From contig OX597817.1 in NCBI GenBank assembly GCA_951406725.2, positions 10,168,001-10,232,000 on the forward strand: a DNA stretch of 64,000 nt, given 5' to 3'. Position 1 is the first letter of the stretch. Each line of letters begins with the position of its first letter. Both the position numbers and the translations under genes were made by a program. Below are positions 1-12,426 of this stretch, one piece after another. Source of the stretch: Octopus vulgaris. Taxonomy: Eukaryota. The notes beneath the pieces were generated by a model. It made no database searches, was not told the origin of the DNA, and saw nothing but the letters and a program-made list of their open reading frames with translations.

Positions 1-923
1 CTTTTACCAGCTGCTTATTTTCCTAGGAGGCCGCTGCCCTCCTTTTTATAAATAACTCCTGTATATTTCTTTTATGTCTTCGATAAAGATCGTCGTTTTT
101 CATCGCAAATATAATCACAATCTCTGAAAAGAGCTGTGAGAGTACATATGTTCATGTGACGAAGACCTTGCGAATACCCACTTAATTATACACACAAGCA
201 CAAAATATACACAAATGAAGTAAATACTAAAAACTGATTTTGCACATAAATTTCCGATTTTAGATTAAATTTAATTTGAAAGTGAACATTTGTATGAATC
301 ACATGGCTATGAAACTTCGGTATTAAGACTGTTTCCAACAGCTAAACGAAATACAGCATGTAAAATTTGTGATTCTCGAAGAGCTTTGTTGTAATATTCC
401 AGTTAAGAGATGCAATTCGAGATCATATATTCCGAAGTGCTGATCGATCGAACACTAACAGCCAGCAGCAATGAGTCGCGTACAATACGATGAGACTTAA
501 ACTCCCAATTACTTGGCCTACATAACTACGATTAAGCACTATGTTTAGAAGGGTTTCGACAATGTGAACAATAGGAGCGCTGAAATTTCATAAGTATTTC
601 GATAGTGTAGAGAGCGGAGTCAAAGCTTTCCACTCTAGACTATTACTCTGAGGCGATCCGTTGGCCAACCAAAAGTCTCACCTTATCGCTTTCAACGGTG
701 CAACAACAAAGAAAATCAATGCTTGAGTTTTAACTAAAATATCATTTACCAAAACCTTTTGAAAATCTTCGGTTTTACAAACAGTGGATAAAATTAATTC
801 CCTCGGAGATAGTATCTTGTTATATTATATACTAGGTTCAAGGACCATGTATATTATTGGAGGGGAGAAATGGGAGGTGCGCATTAATTCAGTTATTTCA
901 TACTGGTGTTGTTTTGTCTGAAG

Positions 924-1146
924 CAGTGCTTTTCAACCTTTTTGCTGGAGCGGAACCCCAAGGAAACATTCCACTGGCTCGAGGAACCCCTGTGCAATAA
1001 TTTAATTGTCATATGCACACATATCTGCACAGGAGAATTAAAAATTACTGTCGATTTTAGCATTTTTGTAACTTCTTGCGGAACCCCTGGACTGTACTGG
1101 CGGAACCCCTGGACTGTACTGGCGGAACCCTGGTTGAAAACCACTG
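924..1146. mobile_element. hAT-type MITE
   Basis: TIRs CAGTGCTTTTCAACC / GGTTGAAAACCACTG; perfect 8 bp TSD GTCTGAAG (916-923, 1147-1154), the hAT signature; internal 22 bp tandem duplication at ~1078-1121. Confidence 0.9.
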
Positions 1147-2204
1147 GTCTGAAGATATAAGACCAAAAGCAGTTCGAACCATAGCCATCTCGTCAATTTT
1201 TTCAGACTGCATTTGTTTAAAGTGTTGTTTCTTTTTAAGATTATGGGATGTAATATGAGTGAGATTTGTCTACTACTTCTATCAGGTCGAACGACCACAT
1301 AGATGCTCGCTTCAGGGATTGTAAACGTTTCTAGGTAGCGCAGTAGTCAAGTGAGGTAGCACAGCGCTGAACTAAATCTATCACATTTTGTTTTAACCTT
1401 CTCGGTTCTCAGGTGAAACCGCAAAGAGGGGTTATCTTTTGTCCATCTTCTAGAGTCAAATGAAATAAGCATCTGTAAAAGCCTGACAAATCGATTCACT
1501 TATCCCTATCCCCACTAATTTAAACATTGGCTTTGTAATGTCAGAAGAAGTTTAAACCCAAACGAAGCAAATCGATACTTCATTTAAACTAAATACTTAA
1601 CTGATTTGTTTCATAAAGATTATCTTGAAAAAAAGCTGTTACATATCAATATATCTAGTTATTTGTATGCGTATTTGTGTATGAGAAGGAAAGAAACATT
1701 TGAGAGAGAGACTGAAGGAATTAAATGAATAAAATAGATTTTGCGTTTATGTATTAATATGAGTATATGTGTAAACTCATGTCCTCCATGTGTGTAAATT
1801 ATTTTTGTGTTTCTGCGTTTGTGTCCAATATTATGCTTATGTATCCGATATTATTTAATCTTACGTTTGCATCGCCGTGGCATACCAGCAAATGAGTTTT
1901 ACACAATTTATATAATTACGGGCGATTCAATTCGTCCCTGGTTCGGTTCAGGTGTTTGATGTTGATAAGCCACAAAAATGGCGAAATATCAGTATCCATC
2001 ATTCCTGAATGGAATCGGAGGCAAGTTGTCTCGCCTGTCTTTGACTTTCAGGTGTTTTTAACACCCATCATAATGAGGAAGTCGTCTCCCAGGCGTTACT
2101 CGGCAGCGAGCCGGCGAACAAGCAAAACGCATACACTGGGCATGAGAGATTGATTGATGTTTACAACACTACTAACAGAATACGAGATAAGAAAATGAGA
2201 TTAT

Positions 2205-2750
2205 ACATACATGCATACATACATACATGGTGGCTGCCCCCTCGTTATCGAGTATGGCCATTGCACGAAGCTTAATCAATGTTGTTATCGTGCAATGCCT
2301 GTGCAAGAAGATATTTTTTAAAGTGAGGAAAGGCTGTGCACTGAGTCAATCCCACTCACTAAGCAACAGCAGCCATAATCCGAAAAGAAGAACAAATCAA
2401 CATCTTCGGTAACCACTGAGCCGCAGGTTTTATGTCGGAGTTATCCCAGTTACCTGAGTTACCTTCTCCAAGAAGGATGCCCTAACAAAGGCTAGGAATC
2501 CTTCATTCCTAATGGTTTAACTGCGCGATCGGGTATTCAGTCCGATTATTTCTATGTCCCCGCGCATGATACAGCCTTAAGACATTTATTGGATGGCCGT
2601 TGACGCTCAAGATTTCCTCCGCCATTTAACGGGTTTTGTTTTTCATCCCGCAGGGTGTGCAATAATCACCCTCCTCACCAAGCAAGCTTGGTGGGGTTGC
2701 CGGTTTAGTCGCCGACGACCCGACCAGGCAACAGGTTGTACTGGGTTACA
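2205..2750 (-). mobile_element. Non-autonomous RTE-like retroelement with (TATG)n tail
   Basis: Shares both ends with 9980-10212; GGTTTAGTCGCCGACGAC resembles RTE 5' UTR sequence; the microsatellite tail lies at the minus-strand 3' end. Clade assignment from recall. Confidence 0.5.
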
Positions 2751-2855
2751 TATACATATATACATAGTTATTTTTTGAAATCTATGCTGCTTTGTCTATA
2801 CGTTGAAAGGAATACAGAAACACAGAGAGAGACAAAAGTAAAAATACTTCATATA

Positions 2856-3050
2856 CGAGGGGGTGCTGAAAAGTTCCTGGTTTTAAGGGCATCGCAAAAG
2901 ACCTGGTTGGAGGCCCAACTTTCCGAGTTCTTTTACAGGGTTGCTGCAATACGTGTGTGAATCTGAGAGAGGAATAATAAAATCGTAATTAACGGACGAC
3001 TCTTGTATTTTCGTTGACCGAAAGCCAGAAACTTTTTCAACACTCCCTCG
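2856..3050. mobile_element. Tc1/mariner MITE
   Basis: TIR CGAGGGGGTGCTGAAAAGTTCCTGG with imperfect inverse at 3025-3050; TA on both flanks; two more copies in the window. Confidence 0.85.
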
Positions 3051-3330
3051 TATATATGTATAGTCGTTCTCTGAGGTTTGTGTTCCGTTGTATTGACTTG
3101 CACTTAAAATTCCCGCCTATTAAATCAAAACTTGATAGTTACTATGGTGACAACAATTCCTGTCTCCCTCTCATTCACTCTCTCTCTCTCTCTCTCAACA
3201 ACTTTTCCTCCTCTACTTCTTTCCTTCTTTTCTATTGATGTTGCGACGGACAGAGAGACGGGGAGATCCGCTTGTCTTTTATAATCAAGTTTGTATATAT
3301 AAGAAAGAGACCATATATATATATATATAT

Positions 3331-3516
3331 AGCCGTATTTCGTCCGCCGTTACATTCTGAGTTCGAATTCCGCCGAGGTCGACTTTGCCTTTCATCCTTT
3401 CGGGGTCGATAAATAAAGTACCAGTTACGCACTGGGGTTGATGTAATCGACTTGATCCCTTTGTCTGTCCTTGTTTGTCCCCTCTATGTTTGGCCCTTTG
3501 TGGGCAGTAAAGAAAT
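3331..3516 (+). mobile_element. SINE family B, 5'-truncated
   Basis: B-box-like GAGTTCGAATTCC then GCCTTTCATCCTTTCGGGGTCGATAAATAAAGTACCAG (resembles the Meta-SINE central domain); many copies in the window. Confidence 0.85.
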
Positions 3517-4701
3517 ACATATATATATATAAGAAAGAGAGATTACCAAGGGACAAATGATTATCTCATGAACCTGAAGTTCATAAGATAATCGTTTATT
3601 TATTCGTATTACCTCTCTATACTCAGCCAACACTTCGTTCTGGATCCTACGTATATTGAGTTGCACACCGGGTTATTGGTCTCACACACACACACACACA
3701 CCACACATACATATATATATATATATATATAGCACAGACACACACACACACACACCCACACATACATATATATATATATAGCACAGACACACACACAAAA
3801 TCACATTTTGAAAGGCATATGAGTAAAATGGGGTCCAGTACCTCAAGTAAACTATTTTTATTTATTAAATAATCTTCCACTCCATATATAGTCGAAGTTT
3901 TACTAAATAAAAGTCTGAATCATCGCATACAAATAATACAAATAACTATGATAACTAAAACGAAAATTGACGCAAATTAACCTAATTAATTTTTTTTTAA
4001 TAAATATAATTACAAGGTAGTCTTCCTTATTACAGTTTAATTTATTCTTGCACCATTTCAAGCAATCATTGGTGTTTACCGTATCAGCCTTGTTCTTTCG
4101 CTGAACGTCTTGCAACTAGCTCGCTTGAATATTTTGATACAGGTGAAATATTATATAAGAGCTGCACCTGAATTTTTTTGGCCTGTCATACAATTAAATG
4201 AAGATACAACACAATAAGCAAGCTCTTTCAAGAGATTTGTCAGCCGTTCAAGAATTTGGACCTGGAGATCTCCATTTCCAGCGACTTCGAGGGCCACCTC
4301 CCAGTGGTGTCGGGCGTCAACGAAGAGCCCTCGATTACAAGACGACCAAAGTTTTCTTTTTTCCAAGGTCTGGGGTCTCCCGCCCCCTAAGCCTTAGACC
4401 ATCACCTAATCACCCCTATCCGTCTAGTTGCTTAACAACAACAACAGCAACAACAAGAGATTTGTCAAAAAAATCTACCTGATCTGCTAGATGAAGTCCA
4501 TCCATCTTCTTGAAGGAATCGCGACAAAAATGTATCGACAACCTCAACAGAGATATTTTTTAAGCATGAGTTCATAACTGATCTCTCCAGGAAGCAATTC
4601 CATAAATTCGCAGAATATTGGTGTACCTTGTAGTATCTCAAATGTTATAAAGCGATGGGAACTATGAAATGATATATTATTTATATATTATAATACTTCA
4701 T

Positions 4702-5116
4702 AGTGGCTGTGTGGTAAGTAGCTTGCCTACCAACCACATGGTTCCGGGTTCAGTCCCACTGCGTGGCATCTTGAGCAAGTGTCTTCTGCTATAGCCCAAG
4801 GGCCGACCAATGCCTTGTGAGTGGATTTGGTAGACGGAAACTGAAAGAAGCCTGTCGTATATATATGTATATATATGTATATATGTGTGTGTGTGTTTGT
4901 GTGTCTGTGTTTGTCCCCCTAGCATTTGCTTGACAACCGATGCTAGTGTGTTTACGTCCCCGTCACTTAGCTGTTCGGCAAAAGAGACCGATAGAATAAG
5001 TACTGGGCTTACAAAAAGAATAAGTCCCGGGGTCGATTTGCTCGACTAAAGGCGGTGCTCCAGCATGGCCGCAGTCAAATGACTGAAACAAGTAAAAGAG
5101 CAAAGAGTAAAGAGTA
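4702..5116 (+). mobile_element. SINE family A (tRNA-derived head, internal TA/TG microsatellite, GAGTAAAA-type tail)
   Basis: A-box TGGCTGTGTGG, B-box GGTTCAGTCCC; about 10 similar copies in the window. Confidence 0.9.
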
Positions 5117-5133
5117 TATATCGATTTCAAATT

Positions 5134-5336
5134 GTGGCACAAAGCCAGGAGTTTTGAGGGGAGAGATAGGCCTATTACATCGACCCCAGTTTTACCTGGT
5201 ACTTATTTTATCGACCCCAAAATGGATGAAGGACAAGGTCGACCTCTGTGACATTTCAACTCAGAACATGAAGACAGATGAAATGTCACTAAGCATTTTG
5301 CCAGGCGTACTTACGATTCTGCCAGCTCCCCGCCTT
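5134..5336 (-). mobile_element. SINE family B, diverged
   Basis: Reverse complement of the family B head and core. Confidence 0.7.
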
Positions 5337-5593
5337 TTAATACATCACATATATATACATATATAAACTTTGTTCCATGCAAACACTTACTCGTAAAAAC
5401 TACAACGATTTTTATCTTTAAAATGTATTCAGAGAAGTGAAAATCAGTAAATTCCATCGATGTATTCAGACTTTTCACCAGGACTGTATATACATACACA
5501 CCCAATCCCAAGAAACATCACTCAACTTTTATATGTTTGTGTGCATATATATATATATGATAGATATGAACACACATATTCATACATATACAT

Positions 5594-5635
<42 letters not shown>

Positions 5636-6429
5636 GGAATCGGCGGCTTATATTTATTTGCTGCCGATAAATTTGGCGCGAGTGCGACGATTTGAAAATT
5701 TTAGGTCAGATATTGACGAGGTAGCAATGAGAATGCCTCGTGAAAAATATCTGTTCCGGTTTGGCTATTTCTTACTGATGAATCTAAGGGCCTATGGTAG
5801 ATTGGCTTGATTTAATTTAATCAGGTTACTTTTCCATTAAACAGAAGATGAAACGGTGCATCGTCTAAGAAATTACAGGGTAAATGTTTTTCAATTTTCT
5901 CCTGGTTTACGGAATTGACGTTATTTTGCGGTTAAAGCTTTTGGCTGTTATTTCTAGTGGGTGAATGGCCTATTATGGCCGTTCCTTGATTGTTGATATA
6001 TATATATATGTATATTAATATGGGGTGAGGGTTAGTGCTTGCTCATAATGCCAAATCACTATTACTGATTGAATCATAAAATACCTTCCTTTTGCTTACA
6101 TGTCACGCACTTGTACCTTATAGAATTGTATGAGCTATTTCCTTGTCTTGTAAATATGAAAATCTTCAGGCCTAAGCTTGATTTACATACAATTGAAATG
6201 ATTGTGATGTAGAGCGCTTTAGTTTGACTATCATTATAGAGGTTAATTTAACCGTACAAATCAATTAGGTAAGTTGTATAAATTGTTAATTGGATTCCTT
6301 TCAGAGTTTCTTTCTATTTAGAAGTGAAATGACACTGAATTATGTTTGGATAATTTTGCCGCAAGCATGCCACTTTGAAACACTTAATAATTTATTGGTT
6401 AAATTGTCATAGCTTTCACTTTATTCTAC

Positions 6430-6476
6430 TGATGATGACGATGATGATGATGATAATGATGATGAGGACTATAAAC

Positions 6477-6523
<47 letters not shown>

Positions 6524-6546
6524 TAATAATAATAATAATAATAATA
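6430..6546. repeat. (GAT)n/(AAT)n microsatellite
   Basis: Read directly. Confidence 0.95.
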
Positions 6547-6866
6547 GGAACTGATTGCCACCTAGCTCAGATACCAGGAAACCCCAAAATGGCAGAAATT
6601 CAAAAGATAGTGCTCATGGGGACTGCCCATATCCTATGCAAAATACTTTCTATGTAATCTCAAGTTTCAAAACAAACACAATTTTCTTACGGTTTCTTAA
6701 ACATTCTCTAGAACAACACTATGTACAAAACCAAATATATGGCACCCTAGGCATAACACCAACATGAACTTCCAACTTGTTGTCTCTTGAGATCTCTGGG
6801 TGAGACTTGGAGCCAACTTGTACAAATATAAAGCAAAAGTCAGACATAAAATAATAATAATAATAC
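6547..6866 (+). mobile_element. 5'-truncated Dong/R4-clade non-LTR retrotransposon 3' end
   Basis: 6547-6657 translates GTDCHLAQIPGNPKMAEIQKIVLMGTAHILCKILSM*, matching the R4/Dong C-terminal IQKxVLxGTAxILxxxL motif; (TAA)n on both sides, the known Dong target. Confidence 0.8.
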
Positions 6867-6949
6867 TAACACCCTAGGTGTCAGAAATACATTCGGCAAG
6901 AAATGGAAACAGGACTGAAAGATGCTAATAAAAATGATAATAATGATAA

Positions 6950-7145
6950 TCCTTTCTACTGTAGGCACACTACTATAGGCCTGGATTTTGTGGGGAGGGG
7001 GATAGTCGGTTATATCGTCCCCAGCATTTCACTGGTACTTAATTTATCGAGACCGGAAAGATGAAAGGCAAAGTTGAAATTAGAACGTAACGACGGGCGA
7101 ATTCCCGCTAAGCATTTCACCCGGCGTGCTAACGATTCTGCCAGC
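6950..7145 (-). mobile_element. SINE family B, diverged
   Basis: Reverse complement of the family B core. Confidence 0.7.
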
Positions 7146-7164
7146 ACCACACCTCAATATCAAC

Positions 7165-7218
<54 letters not shown>

Positions 7219-7640
7219 GATAATAATAATAATGCCCTAATGCAGTACCAGCCGGCAGCTCTCAAGGCTTCTGATCTTAACTGATTGGAAGTGTTATAGT
7301 GTACATTGTTTTCTCTTGGTATAAAAGATGGGCTACAGCAAATATTCTGCTCAATACCACAGATTTTCTAGTCAGTAATTTAACTGTGGTATTGAGTAGA
7401 ATATTTGCTGTAGCCCATCTGTAACCAGTTGAGCATGTCCCTTAGTAGCTGACGATATGTGCATCTCTGATCACGAGCAGAAGTAGTAGAGGAGCATCAT
7501 GGCCATGTGTTGAGAGGAATTTTGGGGGGTTTGGATATTTCACCTTTGGAAACATGGGTCTTTCGGTCAACATCCTTAAACAACCCTTATCCAGGGACCT
7601 TTTGAGCATGATGGGCAACTCAACCTGAAGAATTTATTTT
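7165..7640 (-). mobile_element. Unclassified interspersed repeat with (ATT)n tail
   Basis: Abuts a long (AAT)n run; part of it recurs inverted at 7645-7700; contains a 37 bp inverted duplication. Confidence 0.45.
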
Positions 7641-7706
7641 AATCTATGATGCTTCCTCACTACGCCTGCTCATGACCAAAGATGCGCATATCGTCAGCCA
7701 ATATAT

Positions 7707-7774
<68 letters not shown>

Positions 7775-7776
<2 letters not shown>

Positions 7777-7844
7777 TACCATCCGATGGCATCAGTAGGC
7801 ACTATACAGGTATGACAGGTAATGACTTCAAAGAAAGTTACTAC
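7775..7844 (+). mobile_element. Penelope-like element GIY-YIG endonuclease fragment
   Basis: Translates IPSDGISRHYTGMTGNDFKESYY, aligning with DLNGTSKTYIGMTGNTFKERYT at ~62929-62995; directly follows a long (TA)n. Confidence 0.7.
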
Positions 7845-8472
7845 GTGCGTGCGTGCGTACGTGCGTGTGTGTGCATGTATGGATGTATGCCTGTAAGTTA
7901 AGAAGAAATCTGCCACTTTTGCTTGAACTTAATGCAAAAATTTTTTTATTATAAATTTAAGGCTTTATAAAGTTGTTTTTTTTAAAATTAAATGTAACTA
8001 GTATTCATCTAAAAACTAGATCCAATCGATTTGAATTCTTATACTGTCCAAATACTTCTATCGGCTGCTTTTTATCGTTATCTCCATTGCTTGTTGCTTT
8101 TAGCTTTTAAACAGTTCTAGAAATAGATTTATCTACAATATTATCTTAAGCAGTCAAAGTTTGTATGTTATCAGGCATCAATTTTACTGATATGTTCAAA
8201 ACCATTTCAACTATCCCTATACAGCTTTTCGATTGCATACTCCATTGCGTCTTTTCAAAGTTACAGATTGTGAGTTGAGAGAATTTAGCTCCAACTTCCA
8301 ATGAGTTGTTCGGCCTTGACCGCCTATGTGGTTTCTCGTTGGCTCAAATGAGGCTGTTAGGTAGAAATATACATAGATGTGTGTGTACGTATGCATGTTT
8401 GTATACATTCATACATATATGCATATACACACACATATATATATATGTGTGTGTGTGTGTATATGTGCGTGC

Positions 8473-8512
<40 letters not shown>

Positions 8513-8513
8513 A

Positions 8514-8860
8514 GCATCTCGGGCAAGTGTTTTCTGCTATAACCCCGGGCCGACCAATGCCTTGTGAGTGGATTTGGTAGACGGAAACTGAAAGAAGCCT
8601 GTCGTATATATGTATATATATGTATATATATATATGTGTGTATGTGTGTGTGTTTGTGTGTCTGTGTTTGTCCCCCCAACATCGCTTGACAACCGACGCT
8701 GGTGTGTTTACGTCCCAGTAACTTAGCGGTTCGGCAAAAGAGACCGATAGAATAAGTACTAGGCTTACAAAGAATAAATCCTGGGGGTCGATTTCCTCGA
8801 CTAAAGGCGGTGCTCCAACATGGCCGCAGTCAAATGACTGAAACATGTAAAAGAGTAAAA

Positions 8861-8862
<2 letters not shown>
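8514..8862 (+). mobile_element. SINE family A, 5'-truncated
   Basis: Matches the family A body and tail. Confidence 0.88.
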
Positions 8863-8891
<29 letters not shown>

Positions 8892-8919
8892 GCATGTATT
8901 ATGAGAAAGTGTGTAAATA

Positions 8920-8969
<50 letters not shown>

Positions 8970-9307
8970 TCTGTGTGCTCTTGTGTGTCTGTACACATGT
9001 TAAATGTGTATGTACGAATACATGCAGGTACGTTTGTACTCAAACACACATATAGCTGATGTCAGGAAGCTAGATATTTTAAAGATATTTCATAGATTTT
9101 ACTGACTCTTGAAAGTCAGCTGGTCTTATTGATTCAGTGTTCTTTTCAGCAAACTGTCAAAAGAAAACAAAAGTACACATACTTTACCCTATAACAACAA
9201 TTGTCGAAATTTTACTTTTATTCCCTTTCTGCTTATCATTTTATCTTTTGAAACAGGGTATCTTGAATGTGTTTGACGAGATGTCTCGTGATATCTATTA
9301 CAAATTT

Positions 9308-9725
9308 AAGGCGGTGAGCTGGCAGAAACGTTAGCACGCCGGGCGAAATGCTTAGCAGTATTTCGTCTGCTGCTACGTTCTGAGTTCATATTCCGCCGAG
9401 GTCGACTTTGCCTTTCATCCTTTCGGGTTCGATTAAATAAGTACCAGTTACGCACTGGGGTCGATATAATCGACTTAACCCATTTATCTGTCCTTGTTTG
9501 TCCTCTCTGTGTCAGAAATACACTCGGCAACAAATGGAGACAGGATTGTGGGTAGTAAAGAAATAGGCATTTCGTCTGTCCATACGTTCTGAGTTCAAGT
9601 TCTGCCGAGGTCGACTTTGCCTTTCATCCTTTCGGGAGTCAATAAATTAAGTACCAGTTGCGTAATTGAGGTCGATCTAATCGACTGGTCACCTTCCCCA
9701 AAAATTCCAGGCCTTGTGCCTATAG
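9308..9725 (+). mobile_element. SINE family B, dimeric
   Basis: Full head plus a second core from ~9567; possible TSD TCTATT(A/T)CAA. Confidence 0.85.
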
Positions 9726-9979
9726 TCTATTTCAACTCACTGTTTTCTGGATTCAGAAGCAGCTCTCTATCACAGAGAAAATGAATTCTGTACTTCTAGT
9801 ACTTGTGTCCAAGTATTTCAGATGTTCAGTACCCATGCTAGGCCACCAATAAGAGAGAATTCAAGGTGACTTGTTTAGTTTGCATATATGACTGTATACA
9901 TTTAATATTGTTACATAGGGAAATTTTATTGCAACGTTTATTTTACGCAAATCTTACCGGCGAGTTCTATTAATTTCAT

Positions 9980-10212
9980 ACATACATACATACATACATA
10001 CATACATACATACATGCATGCATGCATACATACATACATACATACATGATGGCTACTCCCTCGTTATCGTGTATGACCATTGCATGAAGCTTAACTGTTA
10101 CTGGTGCTGTGATCGAATGTGACTTTTTATCCCACAATGTCTTGTACAGAATTGGCAGCTAAAACCTTTACCGGTAATAGCCGGCTGTAGTTGTAACTGG
10201 GTTTCATGTACC
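9980..10212 (-). mobile_element. Short relative of the 2205-2750 RTE-like element
   Basis: GGCTACTCCCTCGTTATCG...GAAGCTTAA next to (TACA)n and GTTGTAACTGGGTTTCATGTAC at the other end match the two ends of the longer copy. Confidence 0.5.
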
Positions 10213-10284
10213 TTTGCATGTCAGGACTCTGGAACCACATCAGCTGAAAGAGTCTGGCCCGGCAGGGGCTCCAGAGCATCACAT

Positions 10285-10308
10285 GCATTCATACATACAT
10301 ACATACAT

Positions 10309-10341
<33 letters not shown>

Positions 10342-10473
10342 TACATACATACATACATACATACATACATACATACATACATACACACACACATACATAC
10401 ATACATACATACATACATACATACATACACACATACATACATACATACATACATACATACATACATACTTATA

Positions 10474-10507
<34 letters not shown>

Positions 10508-10898
10508 CATACATACATACATACATACATACATACATACATACATACATACATACATACATACACACACACATACATACATACATACATACATACACAC
10601 ACACATACATACATACATACACACACACATACATACATACATACATACATACATACATACATACATACACACACACATACATACATACATACATACATAC
10701 ATACATACATACACACACACATGCATACATACATGCATGCATACATACATGCATGCATACATACATACATACATACATACATACATACATACATACATAC
10801 ATACATACATACATACATACACACATACATACATACATGCATACATACATACATACATACATACATACATACACACATACATACATACATACATACAT
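10285..10898. repeat. Long (TACA)n/(CA)n microsatellite, ~610 bp
   Basis: Read directly; explains the HTYI and MYVC ORFs. Confidence 0.98.
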
Positions 10899-10901
10899 AT
10901 A

Positions 10902-11259
10902 TGGTGTGACTGTGTGCTTCCCAACCACATGGTTCCAGGTTCAGTCCTGTTACATGCACAAGTATCCTTGCGCATGTATCTTCTACAATAGCATCGGGCC
11001 AACCAAGGCCTTGTGAGTGGATTTAGTAGAGGAAACTAAGAGAAGCCGTCATGTGCGTGTGTTTACCCCCCGACCACCACCACCACCATTTGAAAACCGG
11101 TTTCTGTATGTTTATTTCGACGTATTTTTACGATTTGGTAAAAGAAACCGATGGAATAAGTACCAGGTTTTTTTAAAAAAATTAGTCCTGGAATCGATTC
11201 GTTCGACTAAAATTCTTCAAGTGGTGCTCCAGCATGGCCACAGTCTAAAAGATAAAAGA
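10902..11259 (+). mobile_element. SINE family A, old diverged copy
   Basis: CCAACCACATGGTTCC...CCTTGTGAGTGGATTT...GGTGCTCCAGCATGGCC. Confidence 0.75.
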
Positions 11260-11272
11260 CAAAATATGACTC

Positions 11273-11307
<35 letters not shown>

Positions 11308-11607
11308 TTGTGTGCAAAAGTGTGTATGCGCATGCGTGTGAATATGAGTAAAGGTTATACCATTGCGGTTGACTGACTCTTCCTGGATAAGAAAAGTTCG
11401 AATGATTTGTTTTCTAGACTTCTGAGACATTCATTAACAAAATAATAGCCATCTTTCGATCACGTAGAGAATAGAAACATATCGATATGTATGGGGTGTA
11501 CAATTTAGGAGTTAATGAAACTGATCACTGTAATTTGCATAACTATGCATATGCTGACAGCATAAATTATCAATTTAATACATTTTGCAACACGGTCTTT
11601 TTGACTA

Positions 11608-12110
11608 AAGGCTAGAGATGGGAACGATTTCCCCTCGCAAATACTAATCGGACACAGACAGTGTGTCGTTAGCCAGCTGGAGGAGATGTCCTCCTGGGGC
11701 TAAAAACAACAGTAGCATCGTCCTCTATGGGACCGCCATATTTAGTTGGCAATTATATGTTACGATTCCGTACTGCTAATGTTTACATCTCGCTCGGAGA
11801 TTTAATATTGCTTATTTCTCCCTTTTCGAGATCAGCGAAAACTTGTCACTGGAAAATAGCAAATAGCATTTTGCGTGTGAAATGAAATTCCATCATTAGT
11901 TCGTGATTTTGATGACAGGTTACTACTCAGAAACCCGGGTCTGTGTGTATCACGTAAGGCTAGAGACAAGAATGATGATTTCCCCTCGCAAATACTAATC
12001 GGTCACAGACAGTGTGTTATTAGCCACCTGTAGATGACCTCCTGGAGCTAAAAACAACAGTAGCATCGTCCTCTATGGGACCGCTACATTTAGTTGGTAA
12101 GTATATGTTA
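11608..12110. repeat. Pair of ~153 bp imperfect direct repeats (11608-11762, 11956-12110)
   Basis: Both read AAGGCTAGAGA...GATTTCCCCTCGCAAATACTAATCGG...GCTAAAAACAACAGTAGCATCGTCCTCTATGGGACCGC. Confidence 0.9.
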
Positions 12111-12426
12111 AAATGCATGGTATATCTTTTTAATAGATATACAATGTTAGCCTCACTTTGAAATAAATTAAGTGATTACAATTCAGATATATCTACCCTA
12201 TGGGTAGATAAAGTTTCATTTTTTTGCTAGGTACTAGTCTTCTATACATTTTTCATAGAAAAAAAAAACGACCATTTTCTGCCTACGTGAGGATTAATAA
12301 ATTTATAGCGGTTTAAACAAAATGTCCTGTAAATTAGTCGATGTAAGCTGCATAATAATACCTACTGACAACGTAGGTAACGTATGTGTGTGCGTGTGTG
12401 AATTTATGTGTATGTGTATGTATGTG

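Noticed and set aside
4151-4482. Overlapping 71 and 94 aa ORFs in a GC-richer patch
   Set aside because: No recognisable domain or convincing splice-site pair
5707-5753. SECIS-like hairpin (TGAC...AA...TGAA)
   Set aside because: GA/AG quartet out of register and upper helix only ~7 bp
10214-11002. Longest ORFs (177-235 aa, HTYI/MYVC repeats)
   Set aside because: Pure translation of (TACA)n, open on both strands
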